NCBI GenBank assembly: GCA_964640305.1
Contig: CAZXFF010000003.1
Coordinates: 5,572-69,571 of the forward strand
Length of the DNA stretch: 64,000 nt
Origin: an uncultured Muribaculaceae bacterium
Lineage (GTDB): Bacteria > Bacteroidota > Bacteroidia > Bacteroidales > UBA932
Direction of reading: 5' to 3'
Under the pieces are notes generated by a model that was not told where the DNA came from, ran no database searches, and worked only from the letters and a program-made list of their open reading frames with translations. Shown here piece by piece: positions 15,504-25,367 of the stretch. The translations under genes were made by a program, and so were the position numbers. The first letter of the stretch is position 1. Each line of letters begins with the position of its first letter.

Positions 15504-18500
15504 ATGATACGACTTAATATTTACACTTTTTTTATTGTCGCAATTCTTCTTTTATCGTCATTATCGAATCCCGCATATTGCCAATACTATACTTTGGGAG
15601 GAGACCCCGGCAGGGCCAGATGGAATGTGATAAGAACTGACAACTTCCAATTAATCTATCCTGCTGAAATAGACTCTCTTGCAAGAATTTATCTCGCAAA
15701 ACTTGAAGGCAGCAGGAATGCAGTCAACAAATCATTGGATATCAATCCCAAAAGGATTCCGGTCGTCCTGCACCCATATACCACAATAAGCAACGGATCG
15801 GTAGCCTGGGCTCCGAAACGCATGGATCTCATTACAACACCTGATGCATATGATGCCGGTTCAGATCCTTGGACACACCATCTGGTAACTCATGAATTAC
15901 GTCACGTAGCCCAGATGGAACATTATACAAAAGGCATTTACAATGTGTTCTATTATCTTTTGGGGGAACAGGTATCCGGGATAGGTGTCGGACTGTTCGT
16001 CCACAAGTATTTTCTGGAAGGGGATGCAGTAATATCCGAGACCGAATTTTCCCACGGAGGAAGAGGCAGGCAGGCTGATTTCACCAAATTCTACCGTGCA
16101 ATGTATCTTAACGGACATTACCGCAACTATGACCAGCTTGTTCTCGGGTCGCACAAGCACTATACTCCAAACGAATATGCTTTCGGATATGCCTTGATAA
16201 GCTACCTCAGATACAAAACTGACGAATATGATATAAACAGTGTAATGTTTACGGATCCGGTAAAGTACTGGTACCGCCCTGGATATCTTCTGACCCCTAT
16301 AAAGAAAGCCACCGGCCTTTCAATAGAAGAACATCTTTACAATGCCCAGACTTTTTTCACTGACATGTGGAAACAGGATTACATGAACCGCGGGGAATAT
16401 ACAACTCCTGAAGCCGTAGAACTTGGCAGAAAACAGGAAAGACTTTATACGGAAGTAACCAACCCCATCATAATCAGGGACTCCCTTTCCCCCTTTGACG
16501 GCCATGTACTGGCACTGAAAAACGGCATGCAGTATGCGAAATCCCTTATACTTATAGACTCTGCAGGGAAAGAGCGTTTTCTACATCACTTTAACCCTGT
16601 CTCTTCAAGGATGAGATACCATATCGGCACCGGAAAAGTTTACTGGACAGAGACCGTATCCAATGAAGCCGTAGATCTCGAAGATTTCTCCGCTCTCATG
16701 ACAATGGACGTCAGATCCGGAAAAATATCAAGACTCTCAGGACGTTCCAGGTATTTCAATCCGGCACCATCGGTTACAGGGGATACCGTAGCGGTAGCCG
16801 AATACAGAATTTCCGGTTCCACCAGCCTGACCTTACTGGATGCATACAGCGGGAAACCGTTAATCAGCATTGACGCTCCGGACGGGGGGCAGATAAAGGA
16901 GATTTCATTCTGTGGAAGCAGGATACATGCAACGGTTATCAAGGACAAAGGGTTGTCAATCTGCAGTTATACGGATGGAAAATGGGAAGAAATCCTGCCA
17001 CAGCAACACAGAGGGATCAACGGCATGAACTTTCACAAAGGCAAACTGTACTTTTCATCAGATCTGGACGGCGTTGTCAACATCTATGAATTCGATCCGG
17101 AAACCGCAGCGCTCACACGGATAACCAACTCTGAATACGGGGCTGACTACCCGTATTTCGACCCGGCTTCAGGAGACCTGTACTATTCCGAATACAGCAT
17201 GCAGGGATACAGGGCTGTTGTCAGCAACAGGAACAACCTGATACAGGACAGCGTATCCTTTTCGGACCCTTACAAGTTCCCGATGGCTGAGATCCTGACC
17301 CGCCAGATGAAAGAAGAGGATGTGGATGATCTTTTCATCGATACCCTGAATACTTTCGACACAAAAAGATATCCGGCAAAAAGATACAGCAAAATACTCA
17401 ATGCTTTCAGGATTCATTCATGGATGCCTGTATATGTAAATATAGACAGGATAAAGACATTCAGCCTTCAGAATATTACATTGACTGCATCATTGGGGGC
17501 CACAGTCTTGTCACAGAACACCTTGGGGAATATAGTGACAACATTGGGCTATGGCTTTGTAATGGACAATCTGTCCGGAAACTTTTTCCACTCAGGCCAT
17601 GCCAAAATAAATGCAAAACTATTCGGGAACCTGAATACAGAAGTCTCTGTTGACATAAATGAAAGAAATTCCTGGACATACTTCTATGACTATGCATCCG
17701 GGAAACAGCAACTGCTTGAAAACAGCCACACTCCGCTCATATCCACCAGAGTCCTCGTATATTATCCTTTAAGGATAGATAGCAGAGGCTGGTACAGGTC
17801 ACTTACCCCTCAGATTTCATGGAACTTCAGCAATGACCGGTTCTATTCATTCGCAGGTCCGGCCAACGGACCTGCCACCGAAGAACTTAACGGCAAGAAT
17901 GAGTTTAGGAATGAACTGAGATACGGGATAAGTTACGGGCAGATAATTCCCACCGCCGATGCCCAGATTTATCCAAGATGGGGTTTCGGCATTACCGTTT
18001 ACGGATCATCCGCACCATGGTCCAATGTAAATTTCGGTCATCTCGCATACCTAAACGGCTATATATACCTGCCAGGCATAACACGCCAGCAGGGGCTCAA
18101 GCTTACCGCCACATTCCAGAAACAGTTTTCGGAAGGCAAACTGTATTACATGTCTGCATTTGCCAGTCTTCCGAGAGGATACCGGAACAGTTATCCTTCG
18201 GAAACATTTGCAATGGCAACAATTGACTATGCTATTCCCATTCATCTTGGAGATTTCAGGATCGGACCAGTTTTCTATTTCCAAAGACTACAGCTTATAC
18301 CGTTTGCCGACTATGCCATTGACAAGAGCCGCAATCAAAGAAGGGAATACTATTCATTCGGAAGTGACATACTTGTAGATTTTCACTTTATCAGACTTGG
18401 ATTTCCGTTAAGCATGGGCATGAGATATGCTTACACCGGCCCGCAAGCAGATGCATCCAGACATTATTTCGGGTTTCTGTTCAACGTGTCTTTCAATTAG
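15504..18500 (+). CDS. Large secreted/outer-membrane protein: N-terminal HExxH domain, central beta-propeller-like region, C-terminal beta-barrel-like region
   Basis: 998 aa with a signal peptide. HELRH lies at residues 130-134 (nt 15891-15905). The middle carries repeated TolB/PD40-like segments (YFSSDLDGVVNIYEF, GDLYYSEYS). The C-terminal 350 aa has an alternating-hydrophobic pattern and ends FGFLFNVSFN. Confidence 0.55.
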   Translation: MIRLNIYTFFIVAILLLSSLSNPAYCQYYTLGGDPGRARWNVIRTDNFQLIYPAEIDSLARIYLAKLEGSRNAVNKSLDINPKRIPVVLHPYTTISNGSVAWAPKRMDLITTPDAYDAGSDPWTHHLVTHELRHVAQMEHYTKGIYNVFYYLLGEQVSGIGVGLFVHKYFLEGDAVISETEFSHGGRGRQADFTKFYRAMYLNGHYRNYDQLVLGSHKHYTPNEYAFGYALISYLRYKTDEYDINSVMFTDPVKYWYRPGYLLTPIKKATGLSIEEHLYNAQTFFTDMWKQDYMNRGEYTTPEAVELGRKQERLYTEVTNPIIIRDSLSPFDGHVLALKNGMQYAKSLILIDSAGKERFLHHFNPVSSRMRYHIGTGKVYWTETVSNEAVDLEDFSALMTMDVRSGKISRLSGRSRYFNPAPSVTGDTVAVAEYRISGSTSLTLLDAYSGKPLISIDAPDGGQIKEISFCGSRIHATVIKDKGLSICSYTDGKWEEILPQQHRGINGMNFHKGKLYFSSDLDGVVNIYEFDPETAALTRITNSEYGADYPYFDPASGDLYYSEYSMQGYRAVVSNRNNLIQDSVSFSDPYKFPMAEILTRQMKEEDVDDLFIDTLNTFDTKRYPAKRYSKILNAFRIHSWMPVYVNIDRIKTFSLQNITLTASLGATVLSQNTLGNIVTTLGYGFVMDNLSGNFFHSGHAKINAKLFGNLNTEVSVDINERNSWTYFYDYASGKQQLLENSHTPLISTRVLVYYPLRIDSRGWYRSLTPQISWNFSNDRFYSFAGPANGPATEELNGKNEFRNELRYGISYGQIIPTADAQIYPRWGFGITVYGSSAPWSNVNFGHLAYLNGYIYLPGITRQQGLKLTATFQKQFSEGKLYYMSAFASLPRGYRNSYPSETFAMATIDYAIPIHLGDFRIGPVFYFQRLQLIPFADYAIDKSRNQRREYYSFGSDILVDFHFIRLGFPLSMGMRYAYTGPQADASRHYFGFLFNVSFN

Positions 18501-20356
18501 ACAGTATCGAGTCCGAAATACGCAAACAGAGCATTCGCACTTTTACGGCCAATAACATTGACGATCTCACGGTAAGGAGTATTCTTCACACGGGTAACCG
18601 TTTTGTATTTGGCTATGAGCTTCTCTCTGCTTACGGCACCTACTCCAGGTATATTGTCCAGCTCCGAAACAAGGGAAGAAGCACTTCTGCGTTTGCGGTG
18701 GTGAGTAATCCCGAATCTGTGGGCTTCATCCCTTATCTGCATAATAAGTTTGAGGGATGTGGAGTTACGGTCGATGAAATGCGGATACGGATCTCCCGGA
18801 ACAATGATTTCTTCCATACGCTTCGCAATTCCTATCAACGTGACTTTGCCGATAAGCCCGAGTTCGTCAAGGGCATCGTATGCTGCATGTACCTGACCTT
18901 TTCCCCCATCAATTACAATAAGCTGGGGAAGCGTCTGACCTTCTGCCAGCATTCTGGAATAGCGCCTGTTCACAACCTCTTTCATCGAAGCGAAGTCATT
19001 TGCTCCGACTACTGTCCTGATATTGAAATGCCGGTAATCCTTTTTGGAAGGAGCTGCATTACGGAAAACCACACACGAGGCAACCGGATTGGTCCCCTGG
19101 ATATTGGAATTGTCAAAACATTCGATATGTTCGGGAAGGACAGCCATTTCGAGGTCTTTGCGTAGATTTTCCATGACTCGCATAGCATGGCTTTCAGGAG
19201 ATTTTATGGATTCCTGCTTGAGTCTTTCGAATTTCATGGCTGCTGCATTCTTGCGGCTGAGCTCCATCAGGCTCATCCTTTCTCCTTTTACGGGCACCGT
19301 AAGCTTTGCAGGCAATACGGATTCCGAAATCTCAGGCAAAAAAGGGACAAGGATTTCGGATGGAGGATCTGCAGGATTTTCCACGTTGCTTACCATATTC
19401 AGTTTTGAGTATATTTCCGCCATGAATGACCCCAGGACATCTGCCTGGTCTTCTTCTATCTTCATGTTTATTTCCATATTGATGGACTGGATCACACATC
19501 CGTTTGATACCCTGATGAAATTACCGAAAGCATCTTCCCCTTCAAATATGATATAAAAGACATCTGCGCTATACCCGGAAACCCCGACAATAGAGGATCT
19601 GGAATAATGCTCCTCCAGCAGGACTTTTTTCTCTTTCCACTCATGGGCCTCTTCAAATTTAAGTTCCGATGCCGCTTTCCGCATTCTGGAGTCAAAATCC
19701 CGGATAAGGGCAGTACTGTTCCCGTTCAGTATCTGACGGCAGGAAGCTATATATCCGGCATATTCCTCTGCAGAAACTTTGCCGACACATGGTCCCCCGC
19801 ATTTCCCGAGATGATAATTAAGACAGACCTTATACTTGCCTGCTGCAATATTCTCTTCAGTAAGCGACAGCTTGCAGGTCCTCAACCTGTATAAGGATGA
19901 TAAAAGGGAAAGCAGATTATGGGCATGCATTGCAGAACTGTAAGGACCGAAATACCTTGAGCCGTCATTTACATAACGCCTTGTGATAAGTATCCTCGGA
20001 AACGGTTCATTCCTGATGCATATCCAGGGATATGTCTTCCCGTCTTTCAGGAGGATGTTGTAACGGGGCTGGAGCTGTTTTATCAGATTATTCTCCAGAA
20101 GAAAAGCATCAGACTCCGAATCAACTACCGTATGCAGGATATCTGCAATCTTCGACACCATGACAGTAGTCTTCCGGCTTAACCCGTTTGGCCTGAAATA
20201 CTGCGAAACCCTTTTGTTCAGGTCCTTTGCCTTCCCGACATATATCACCGTCCCTGTTTTATCCAAAAACCTGTAAACACCTGGGCAATGAGGCAGCATC
20301 CGCAGCTTTTCCGAAAGATGCAGTTCAGACACAGGACCGGAATTTTCGTTCTCCAT
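18497..20356 (-). CDS. uvrC: Excinuclease ABC subunit C
   Basis: GIY-YIG motif (GVYRFLDKTGTVIYVGKAKDLNKRV), UVR domain, RNase H-like endonuclease domain and C-terminal HhH. ATG at 20356 (MENEN) is preferred over the start at 20404. Confidence 0.93.
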   Translation of the reverse strand: MENENSGPVSELHLSEKLRMLPHCPGVYRFLDKTGTVIYVGKAKDLNKRVSQYFRPNGLSRKTTVMVSKIADILHTVVDSESDAFLLENNLIKQLQPRYNILLKDGKTYPWICIRNEPFPRILITRRYVNDGSRYFGPYSSAMHAHNLLSLLSSLYRLRTCKLSLTEENIAAGKYKVCLNYHLGKCGGPCVGKVSAEEYAGYIASCRQILNGNSTALIRDFDSRMRKAASELKFEEAHEWKEKKVLLEEHYSRSSIVGVSGYSADVFYIIFEGEDAFGNFIRVSNGCVIQSINMEINMKIEEDQADVLGSFMAEIYSKLNMVSNVENPADPPSEILVPFLPEISESVLPAKLTVPVKGERMSLMELSRKNAAAMKFERLKQESIKSPESHAMRVMENLRKDLEMAVLPEHIECFDNSNIQGTNPVASCVVFRNAAPSKKDYRHFNIRTVVGANDFASMKEVVNRRYSRMLAEGQTLPQLIVIDGGKGQVHAAYDALDELGLIGKVTLIGIAKRMEEIIVPGDPYPHFIDRNSTSLKLIMQIRDEAHRFGITHHRKRRSASSLVSELDNIPGVGAVSREKLIAKYKTVTRVKNTPYREIVNVIGRKSANALFAYFGLDTV

Positions 20357-20367
20357 TGTAAAATTTA

Positions 20368-20375
20368 TATATTTG
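20368..20375 (+). promoter_or_regulatory. -7 box TATATTTG upstream of the acyltransferase gene
   Basis: Perfect TAnnTTTG 23 nt before the ATG at 20399. Confidence 0.55.
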
Positions 20376-20398
20376 CGCAGAAATTCAAACCTAAAACA

Positions 20399-22186
20399 AT
20401 GCATAGGCCCAAGGACTCCGCTGCTACAAATGTAATCAATAAATCCGATATCCGGAATGCTATCGGCATTAAAGGACCTGCCGGTTCTCTTGCAGCCTCC
20501 CTGATCATGTCAGTATCCGGACTGAACAAAATCAACAGGATATATCCATCCTTCTCAAAATATTCCGGGACAGAATTCACGGCTGCAGCCATGAAGGCTT
20601 TCCGGATATCTACGGACATACGCACTGAAGATCTGTCAAATATCCCAGAGAAAGGACCATTCATAATAGTTTCAAACCATCCTTTCGGAGGATGGGACGG
20701 CATAGTACTCTATGACACAGTCGCAAGAATACGCCCTGATTTCAGGATTTTCGCCAATTATATCCTCTCATTGATCCCGAATATGAAAGACTGCTTCCTC
20801 GCAGTAAATCCCTTTACATCAAAAAAAGGATTCAACAGTTTCCGAGGGCTCAAAGAAGGAAAGACCCATCTTGAGAACGGGTCATGTCTCGGCATATTCC
20901 CTGCCGGGGAAGTTTCCACATATTACGGGAAAAAACAGCCTGCCGACAAAGACTGGAACGGAGGTATCATGAAGCTTGTCCGGAATGCCGGCTGCACTGT
21001 CATACCTGTATATTTTGACGGTACCAACTCAAAATGGTTCCATTTTGTGGGAAAGATACATCCGTCATTGCGTACCCTGAATCTTGCTAACGAACTTATA
21101 AAAAGAAGAGGCCAGACCATTACTATGCGGATAGGCAAGCCTGTTCCTGCAGGAGAAATAGCAAAATTCACCAACATTGAAGAAATGGGCGCCTATCTGA
21201 AAAACAGGGTATATGCACTTGAAGGGACTGCCCCCAGCAATAATCCGGTGTTCAATGTGTCCGCCTCCCAACATCCGATAGTCCCCCCTCTGCCTTCGAC
21301 TGTCCTGGAACAGGAAATAAACCGCCTCGTTCCATTATTCGAAGTTGCCAGGTACCAGTGCTTTCTCACCGATTCCAGGGACATACCGGGGCTGATGAGA
21401 GAAATCGGAAGGAAAAGGGAGGAATCTTTCCGGCAGGTTGGAGAAGGGACCGGAAAAGAACTGGATACTGACAGGTTCGACGAATACTACAAACATCTTG
21501 TACTGTGGGACAAGGATGAGTCGAAACTGGTTGGCGCCTACCGTCTAGGGATAGGTCCAGAAATTATGGATAAATATGGAGTCGAAGGATTCTATACAAA
21601 CACATTGTTCAATTTCACTCCAGCATTCACAGAAAAACTGTCCCAATCCATCGAATTGGGCCGTTCGTTTGTTTCTGTGGAATACAAAAAGGAAGCTCTA
21701 CCTTTAATGCTACTTATTAAAGGATTACTATATACGGTAATTAAATATGACAACATAAAGTATTTATTTGGACCTGCAAGCATATCAAGCTGGATACCAA
21801 AATACTATACATCACTATTAGTATATTCAATGCAATATTTTGTCTCTGTTGAGAACAAGGGACTGGTATCAGCGAAAACACCATTCGAATACAATTTTCT
21901 ACGTACCGACATAGATGTCCTGCTGAAAGGAAAGACAGACAACATCGACTTCCTGGACAAATACCTACAGCGTATAAGCAACGGCTATTGCCGGTTCCCT
22001 ACCCTCATAAAAAAATATCTTAAACTGAATGCCCAGATCCTGACTTTCAATGTTGATAAGGAATTCAACTACTGCGTAGACGGAATGATATTCCTGGACA
22101 TTGACACGGTTCCGAGAAGTGAAGTCCTGCTGCTCACAAAAGGAAGTGATAATCCGGAAAAGCTTCTGGAAAGGTTTACACTATAA
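20399..22186 (+). CDS. Fused O-acyltransferase (PlsC-like) and N-acyltransferase (OlsB/GNAT-like), an OlsF-like aminolipid synthase
   Basis: 595 aa from the ATG at 20399. The N-terminal half carries NHPFGGWD (an NH..D acyltransferase-type motif) and FPAGEVS. The C-terminal half resembles OlsB/hemolysin-type N-acyltransferases (YRLGIG, GFYTNTLF). Confidence 0.55.
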   Translation: MHRPKDSAATNVINKSDIRNAIGIKGPAGSLAASLIMSVSGLNKINRIYPSFSKYSGTEFTAAAMKAFRISTDIRTEDLSNIPEKGPFIIVSNHPFGGWDGIVLYDTVARIRPDFRIFANYILSLIPNMKDCFLAVNPFTSKKGFNSFRGLKEGKTHLENGSCLGIFPAGEVSTYYGKKQPADKDWNGGIMKLVRNAGCTVIPVYFDGTNSKWFHFVGKIHPSLRTLNLANELIKRRGQTITMRIGKPVPAGEIAKFTNIEEMGAYLKNRVYALEGTAPSNNPVFNVSASQHPIVPPLPSTVLEQEINRLVPLFEVARYQCFLTDSRDIPGLMREIGRKREESFRQVGEGTGKELDTDRFDEYYKHLVLWDKDESKLVGAYRLGIGPEIMDKYGVEGFYTNTLFNFTPAFTEKLSQSIELGRSFVSVEYKKEALPLMLLIKGLLYTVIKYDNIKYLFGPASISSWIPKYYTSLLVYSMQYFVSVENKGLVSAKTPFEYNFLRTDIDVLLKGKTDNIDFLDKYLQRISNGYCRFPTLIKKYLKLNAQILTFNVDKEFNYCVDGMIFLDIDTVPRSEVLLLTKGSDNPEKLLERFTL

Positions 22187-22188
22187 CG

Positions 22189-22413
22189 TCACGGTACAGG
22201 ATCATACCCGCTGCCACCCCACGGATGACAGCGCAGCAGTCTGCGCACTGTAAGCCAGGTTCCTTTGAAGGGGCCGTGTTTCCTCAAAGCCTGCAATGCA
22301 TACTGCGAACATGTCGGAGTAAAACGGCAGGATGCAGGCGTAAACGGGGATATGCATACCTGATAGAACCTTACCAGAAATACCAGAGGGAACACCGCTA
22401 TCTTCCTTAACAT
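22189..22413 (-). CDS. yidD: Membrane protein insertion efficiency factor YidD
   Basis: [26 protein letters not shown] and [16 protein letters not shown] at 22413. Confidence 0.9.
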   Translation of the reverse strand: MLRKIAVFPLVFLVRFYQVCISPFTPASCRFTPTCSQYALQALRKHGPFKGTWLTVRRLLRCHPWGGSGYDPVP

Positions 22414-22417
22414 CAAT

Positions 22418-22723
22418 CTAAATCTTTTCCAGTGTGTTTCTGAGACCTTCGACGATTGATCCATAATCCAGAACTTGGGATGAAATATATACGAGCAGAA
22501 TATGTTTGCCTGAAAGTGAAGGAAAATCCCCTTTCATATGCCGGAAGGCTTCTTTCGTCCTTCTTCTCAACAGATTTCTTTTTACAGCCCTCTTGAAAAT
22601 TTTCTTCGGGACAGATACTATGACATCCCCAGGACTGTCCGTACCGCTTTCCAGAATATACATTCTGTAAGGATACGACTGTATCTTTTTCCCGGACGAA
22701 TATATGGAACTGACCGAAACCAT
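22418..22723 (-). CDS. rnpA: Ribonuclease P protein component
   Basis: 101 aa with the basic RNR-type motif ([24 protein letters not shown]). yidD follows directly. Confidence 0.85.
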   Translation of the reverse strand: MVSVSSIYSSGKKIQSYPYRMYILESGTDSPGDVIVSVPKKIFKRAVKRNLLRRRTKEAFRHMKGDFPSLSGKHILLVYISSQVLDYGSIVEGLRNTLEKI

Positions 22724-22728
22724 ACCAC

Positions 22729-23523
22729 TTAGTTTGATGATATGAAAGACAAAACATACCTGTCTTCCCCGGCAATCAGAATGAGGCGGTTTGTCTTCCT
22801 GGAGGCTGTCTCAATTCTGAAACATGCAGTTTCCCATACATCCGGCATACCGAAGACGGAGTTGTCATACAGCACCATTGCCAGAAAATCGCTGTACTTG
22901 TAGTATCTGTCTGTAGCATTCCCCTTCTTCCAGTCATTCTCTCCGGTTCTTGTATAAAAGACAAGGGCCCCATCGTCCTTGAACTGCAGCCTGTAATCCT
23001 GGAATGCTTCTTCATTCTTCGTATTGAACTGCCATATACCGGATATGGAATCAACAGCGGCATAGGAAGAATGAAGCTTTTCCATACCTAGGGTTGTAAA
23101 TTCAGACTGCGCTTCCTTTCCGTTCACGGAGAAGGAACGGACTCCTAGAACCAGAGAAGAATCTTCATGGGACACAAAATCGTAGACATATTCTACAGCC
23201 AATGGTTCATAATTGCCGAAAAGCCCTGAAAATTGTCCCTTTACAGTCAGGTCACAGCAATATACTTCATAAGAAAGACGGTTGCTGCTCCATACGTGTC
23301 CGGTATCTGTAACGGCTATGCCTGAATAAACCAAAGAACCTGACTCGTCGAATTGCATAAAGAAACAATCCCTGTCAGACAGAACACTGCCGTCTATTGT
23401 ATTGACAATCCACATACCTTTGATGTTCTCCCTGTTATAGGCAGGGTTCACCTTACTGCAGGAAACAGCTGAAAGCAGGCAGATTACAGCGGACAGACAG
23501 ATATATTTCCGCAAATACAACAT
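22729..23523 (-). CDS. Lipoprotein of unknown function (lipocalin-like size)
   Basis: Signal peptide with lipobox (LSAVSC), 264 aa, beta-rich composition. No motif recognised. Confidence 0.5.
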   Translation of the reverse strand: MLYLRKYICLSAVICLLSAVSCSKVNPAYNRENIKGMWIVNTIDGSVLSDRDCFFMQFDESGSLVYSGIAVTDTGHVWSSNRLSYEVYCCDLTVKGQFSGLFGNYEPLAVEYVYDFVSHEDSSLVLGVRSFSVNGKEAQSEFTTLGMEKLHSSYAAVDSISGIWQFNTKNEEAFQDYRLQFKDDGALVFYTRTGENDWKKGNATDRYYKYSDFLAMVLYDNSVFGMPDVWETACFRIETASRKTNRLILIAGEDRYVLSFISSN

Positions 23524-23525
23524 TC

Positions 23526-24269
23526 CTACCTGTTCTTCTCCATATATAACAATACTGCCTTGGAAACTGAAGGAGCTTCAGGAGTAGGTGCCTCAACCTC
23601 GACATTGAACCCATGTTCCTTCAGGGACTTGGCTGTTGTAACACCGTAAGTGACAAAAAGGAGATCCTCCTGCTTGAACTCGGGAAGATTGTGCAAAAGC
23701 GACTTTACATCAGAAGGGCTATAGAATACCACCATCTGGTAGGACTTCCAGTCTATACTTTTAAGATCACTGTATACAGTCTTGCTGAATACGGCATTTC
23801 CGAATTTCAGGCCTGCTGCCGTGAATGCCTTTATAACATCCGGCTTTACTGCATCAGTCGCAGCCAGCAGGAAGTTTTCGTTCTTATGCTTTGAACCGAT
23901 GACATCGAGCACAGACTCCGTAGTCCCTTTTCCGAAGAAAATTTTCCTTTTCCTGTAAATGATATGCTTCTGCAGGTACAGTGCTATATTTTCGGTCGTA
24001 CAGAAATACTTCATGGTTTCAGGAACACTTATCCTCATTTCTTCGCAAATGGAAAAGAAAGCATCTATCGATGACTTTGCTGAAAAAAATATGGCTGTAT
24101 AATCCAATATTGCCACTCTCTGTGCCCTGAATTCCTTAGCGGTTACTGGCTCTATCCTGAAAAAGGGGAAATAATCTATATGGACCCCATATTTGGCGGT
24201 AATTTCTGAAAACGGGGACTGGGTATTGCCGGGAGCCGGCTGCGACACTAAAATATTTTTAACTTCCAT
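23526..24269 (-). CDS. hemD: Uroporphyrinogen-III synthase-like (HemD family) protein
   Basis: 247 aa. The two-lobed HemD-like pattern (ILVSQP, FFRIEPV, AIFFSAKSSIDAFF, VTYGVTTAKSL) is recognised from Bacteroidota homologues. Confidence 0.55.
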   Translation of the reverse strand: MEVKNILVSQPAPGNTQSPFSEITAKYGVHIDYFPFFRIEPVTAKEFRAQRVAILDYTAIFFSAKSSIDAFFSICEEMRISVPETMKYFCTTENIALYLQKHIIYRKRKIFFGKGTTESVLDVIGSKHKNENFLLAATDAVKPDVIKAFTAAGLKFGNAVFSKTVYSDLKSIDWKSYQMVVFYSPSDVKSLLHNLPEFKQEDLLFVTYGVTTAKSLKEHGFNVEVEAPTPEAPSVSKAVLLYMEKNR

Positions 24270-24287
24270 CTCTCTGGTTATGAATTT

Positions 24288-24995
24288 CTAAAAGTCAATA
24301 ATCAATCCTATTGCCAAACCCAATGGCAGAATTTCGAGGGTGCAAAGATATAAAATAGAAAGAAACGGCGGCTCTCCAAATGAAAAAAATATCCGGAACA
24401 ACTGCATTAGGTACATGAAGAACAGTATTCCGCCTGTAACCAATGCCACTTTCATGACCGGATCAGGGATTATTGCCGGAAAGAACATGGCGGCTGTATA
24501 GATGAGAATCGAACACACAGACATCAGTACAAGAAACACTGTAAGAAGTTTCATCAGACTTGCGGTTAACGCATCTTCCCCCGTCACATACCTGATGGCT
24601 GCAAATACGAAGAATCTGAAGACGAAATATCCGGAAAGCACGGACAGGACAGTCAGATATCCTGTATCCACCAACTTAATTCCATAGACCATAAACGATA
24701 CTACGGGAATGAATATGACATATACCGTCGGGAAAAATATTCCAGGAAGATTCATATCTGAAAAATTTCTCTGGTCAGGCGAACAGATGAAGTTGACAAG
24801 CCACACCCTGAATTTATCAAGATTGCTACGGCACAGCAATGCAAGGACTATCATCCCGATAAGAATCCATGCAAAAATACTGTTTCCAGCCGGAAGGGAT
24901 TCCGATGGGACATACAGTCCGTATTCGTGCAGAACAGAACCGCTCCACAGCTCCTGTACCGAATAAAGTGTATCAGTTACCGCGTTTTGCTGCAT
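24288..24995 (-). CDS. Multi-pass membrane protein (DUF4271-like)
   Basis: 235 aa with about 6 hydrophobic helices. It occupies the position next to the hemD-like gene, as is typical in Bacteroidota. Confidence 0.45.
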   Translation of the reverse strand: MQQNAVTDTLYSVQELWSGSVLHEYGLYVPSESLPAGNSIFAWILIGMIVLALLCRSNLDKFRVWLVNFICSPDQRNFSDMNLPGIFFPTVYVIFIPVVSFMVYGIKLVDTGYLTVLSVLSGYFVFRFFVFAAIRYVTGEDALTASLMKLLTVFLVLMSVCSILIYTAAMFFPAIIPDPVMKVALVTGGILFFMYLMQLFRIFFSFGEPPFLSILYLCTLEILPLGLAIGLIIDF

Positions 24996-25290
24996 ACCCC
25001 ATGGAAGTCAGAAGACTCAGTATCTTATCTCTAAAATCCCCCTGAATGACTATCTCCCCGTCTTTGGCACTGCCTCCCACACCGCATTTCGTCTTTAATG
25101 TGCGGGCAAGAGCGGAAAGGTCCGTATCACTGCCTACAAAACCTTTTATCAATGTAACCTGCTTGCCTCCTCTGTTTCTCCTGTCTATAGCAACTATGAG
25201 CTTCTGCCTGTCAGGGGGCAGAGTAACCGTTTCCTCTATTCCGTTTTCGGAAATGTTTACATTAGGGTTTGTAGAATATACCAGTGCCAT
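24973..25290 (-). CDS. SUI1/YciH-type translation initiation factor
   Basis: 105 aa with GGKQVTLIKGF and KCGVGGSAKDGEIVIQGDFRDKI. Confidence 0.85.
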   Translation of the reverse strand: MALVYSTNPNVNISENGIEETVTLPPDRQKLIVAIDRRNRGGKQVTLIKGFVGSDTDLSALARTLKTKCGVGGSAKDGEIVIQGDFRDKILSLLTSMGYAAKRGN

Positions 25291-25334
25291 TTCTCAAAAA
25301 TTTCCGCAAAGTTAGGTATAAAAAATCAAATTAG

Positions 25335-25342
25335 TATATTTG
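25335..25342 (+). promoter_or_regulatory. -7 box TATATTTG upstream of the DUF2723-like gene
   Basis: Perfect TAnnTTTG. It favours the ATG at 25368 over the TTG at 25347. Confidence 0.55.
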
Positions 25343-25367
25343 CAGATTGTACTCTTATATAAAAAAC

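Noticed and set aside
22413-22775. 120-aa ORF overlapping rnpA in another frame.
   Set aside because: The 22418..22723 frame carries the RNase P protein basic motif. The alternative frame has a TTG start and no recognisable features.
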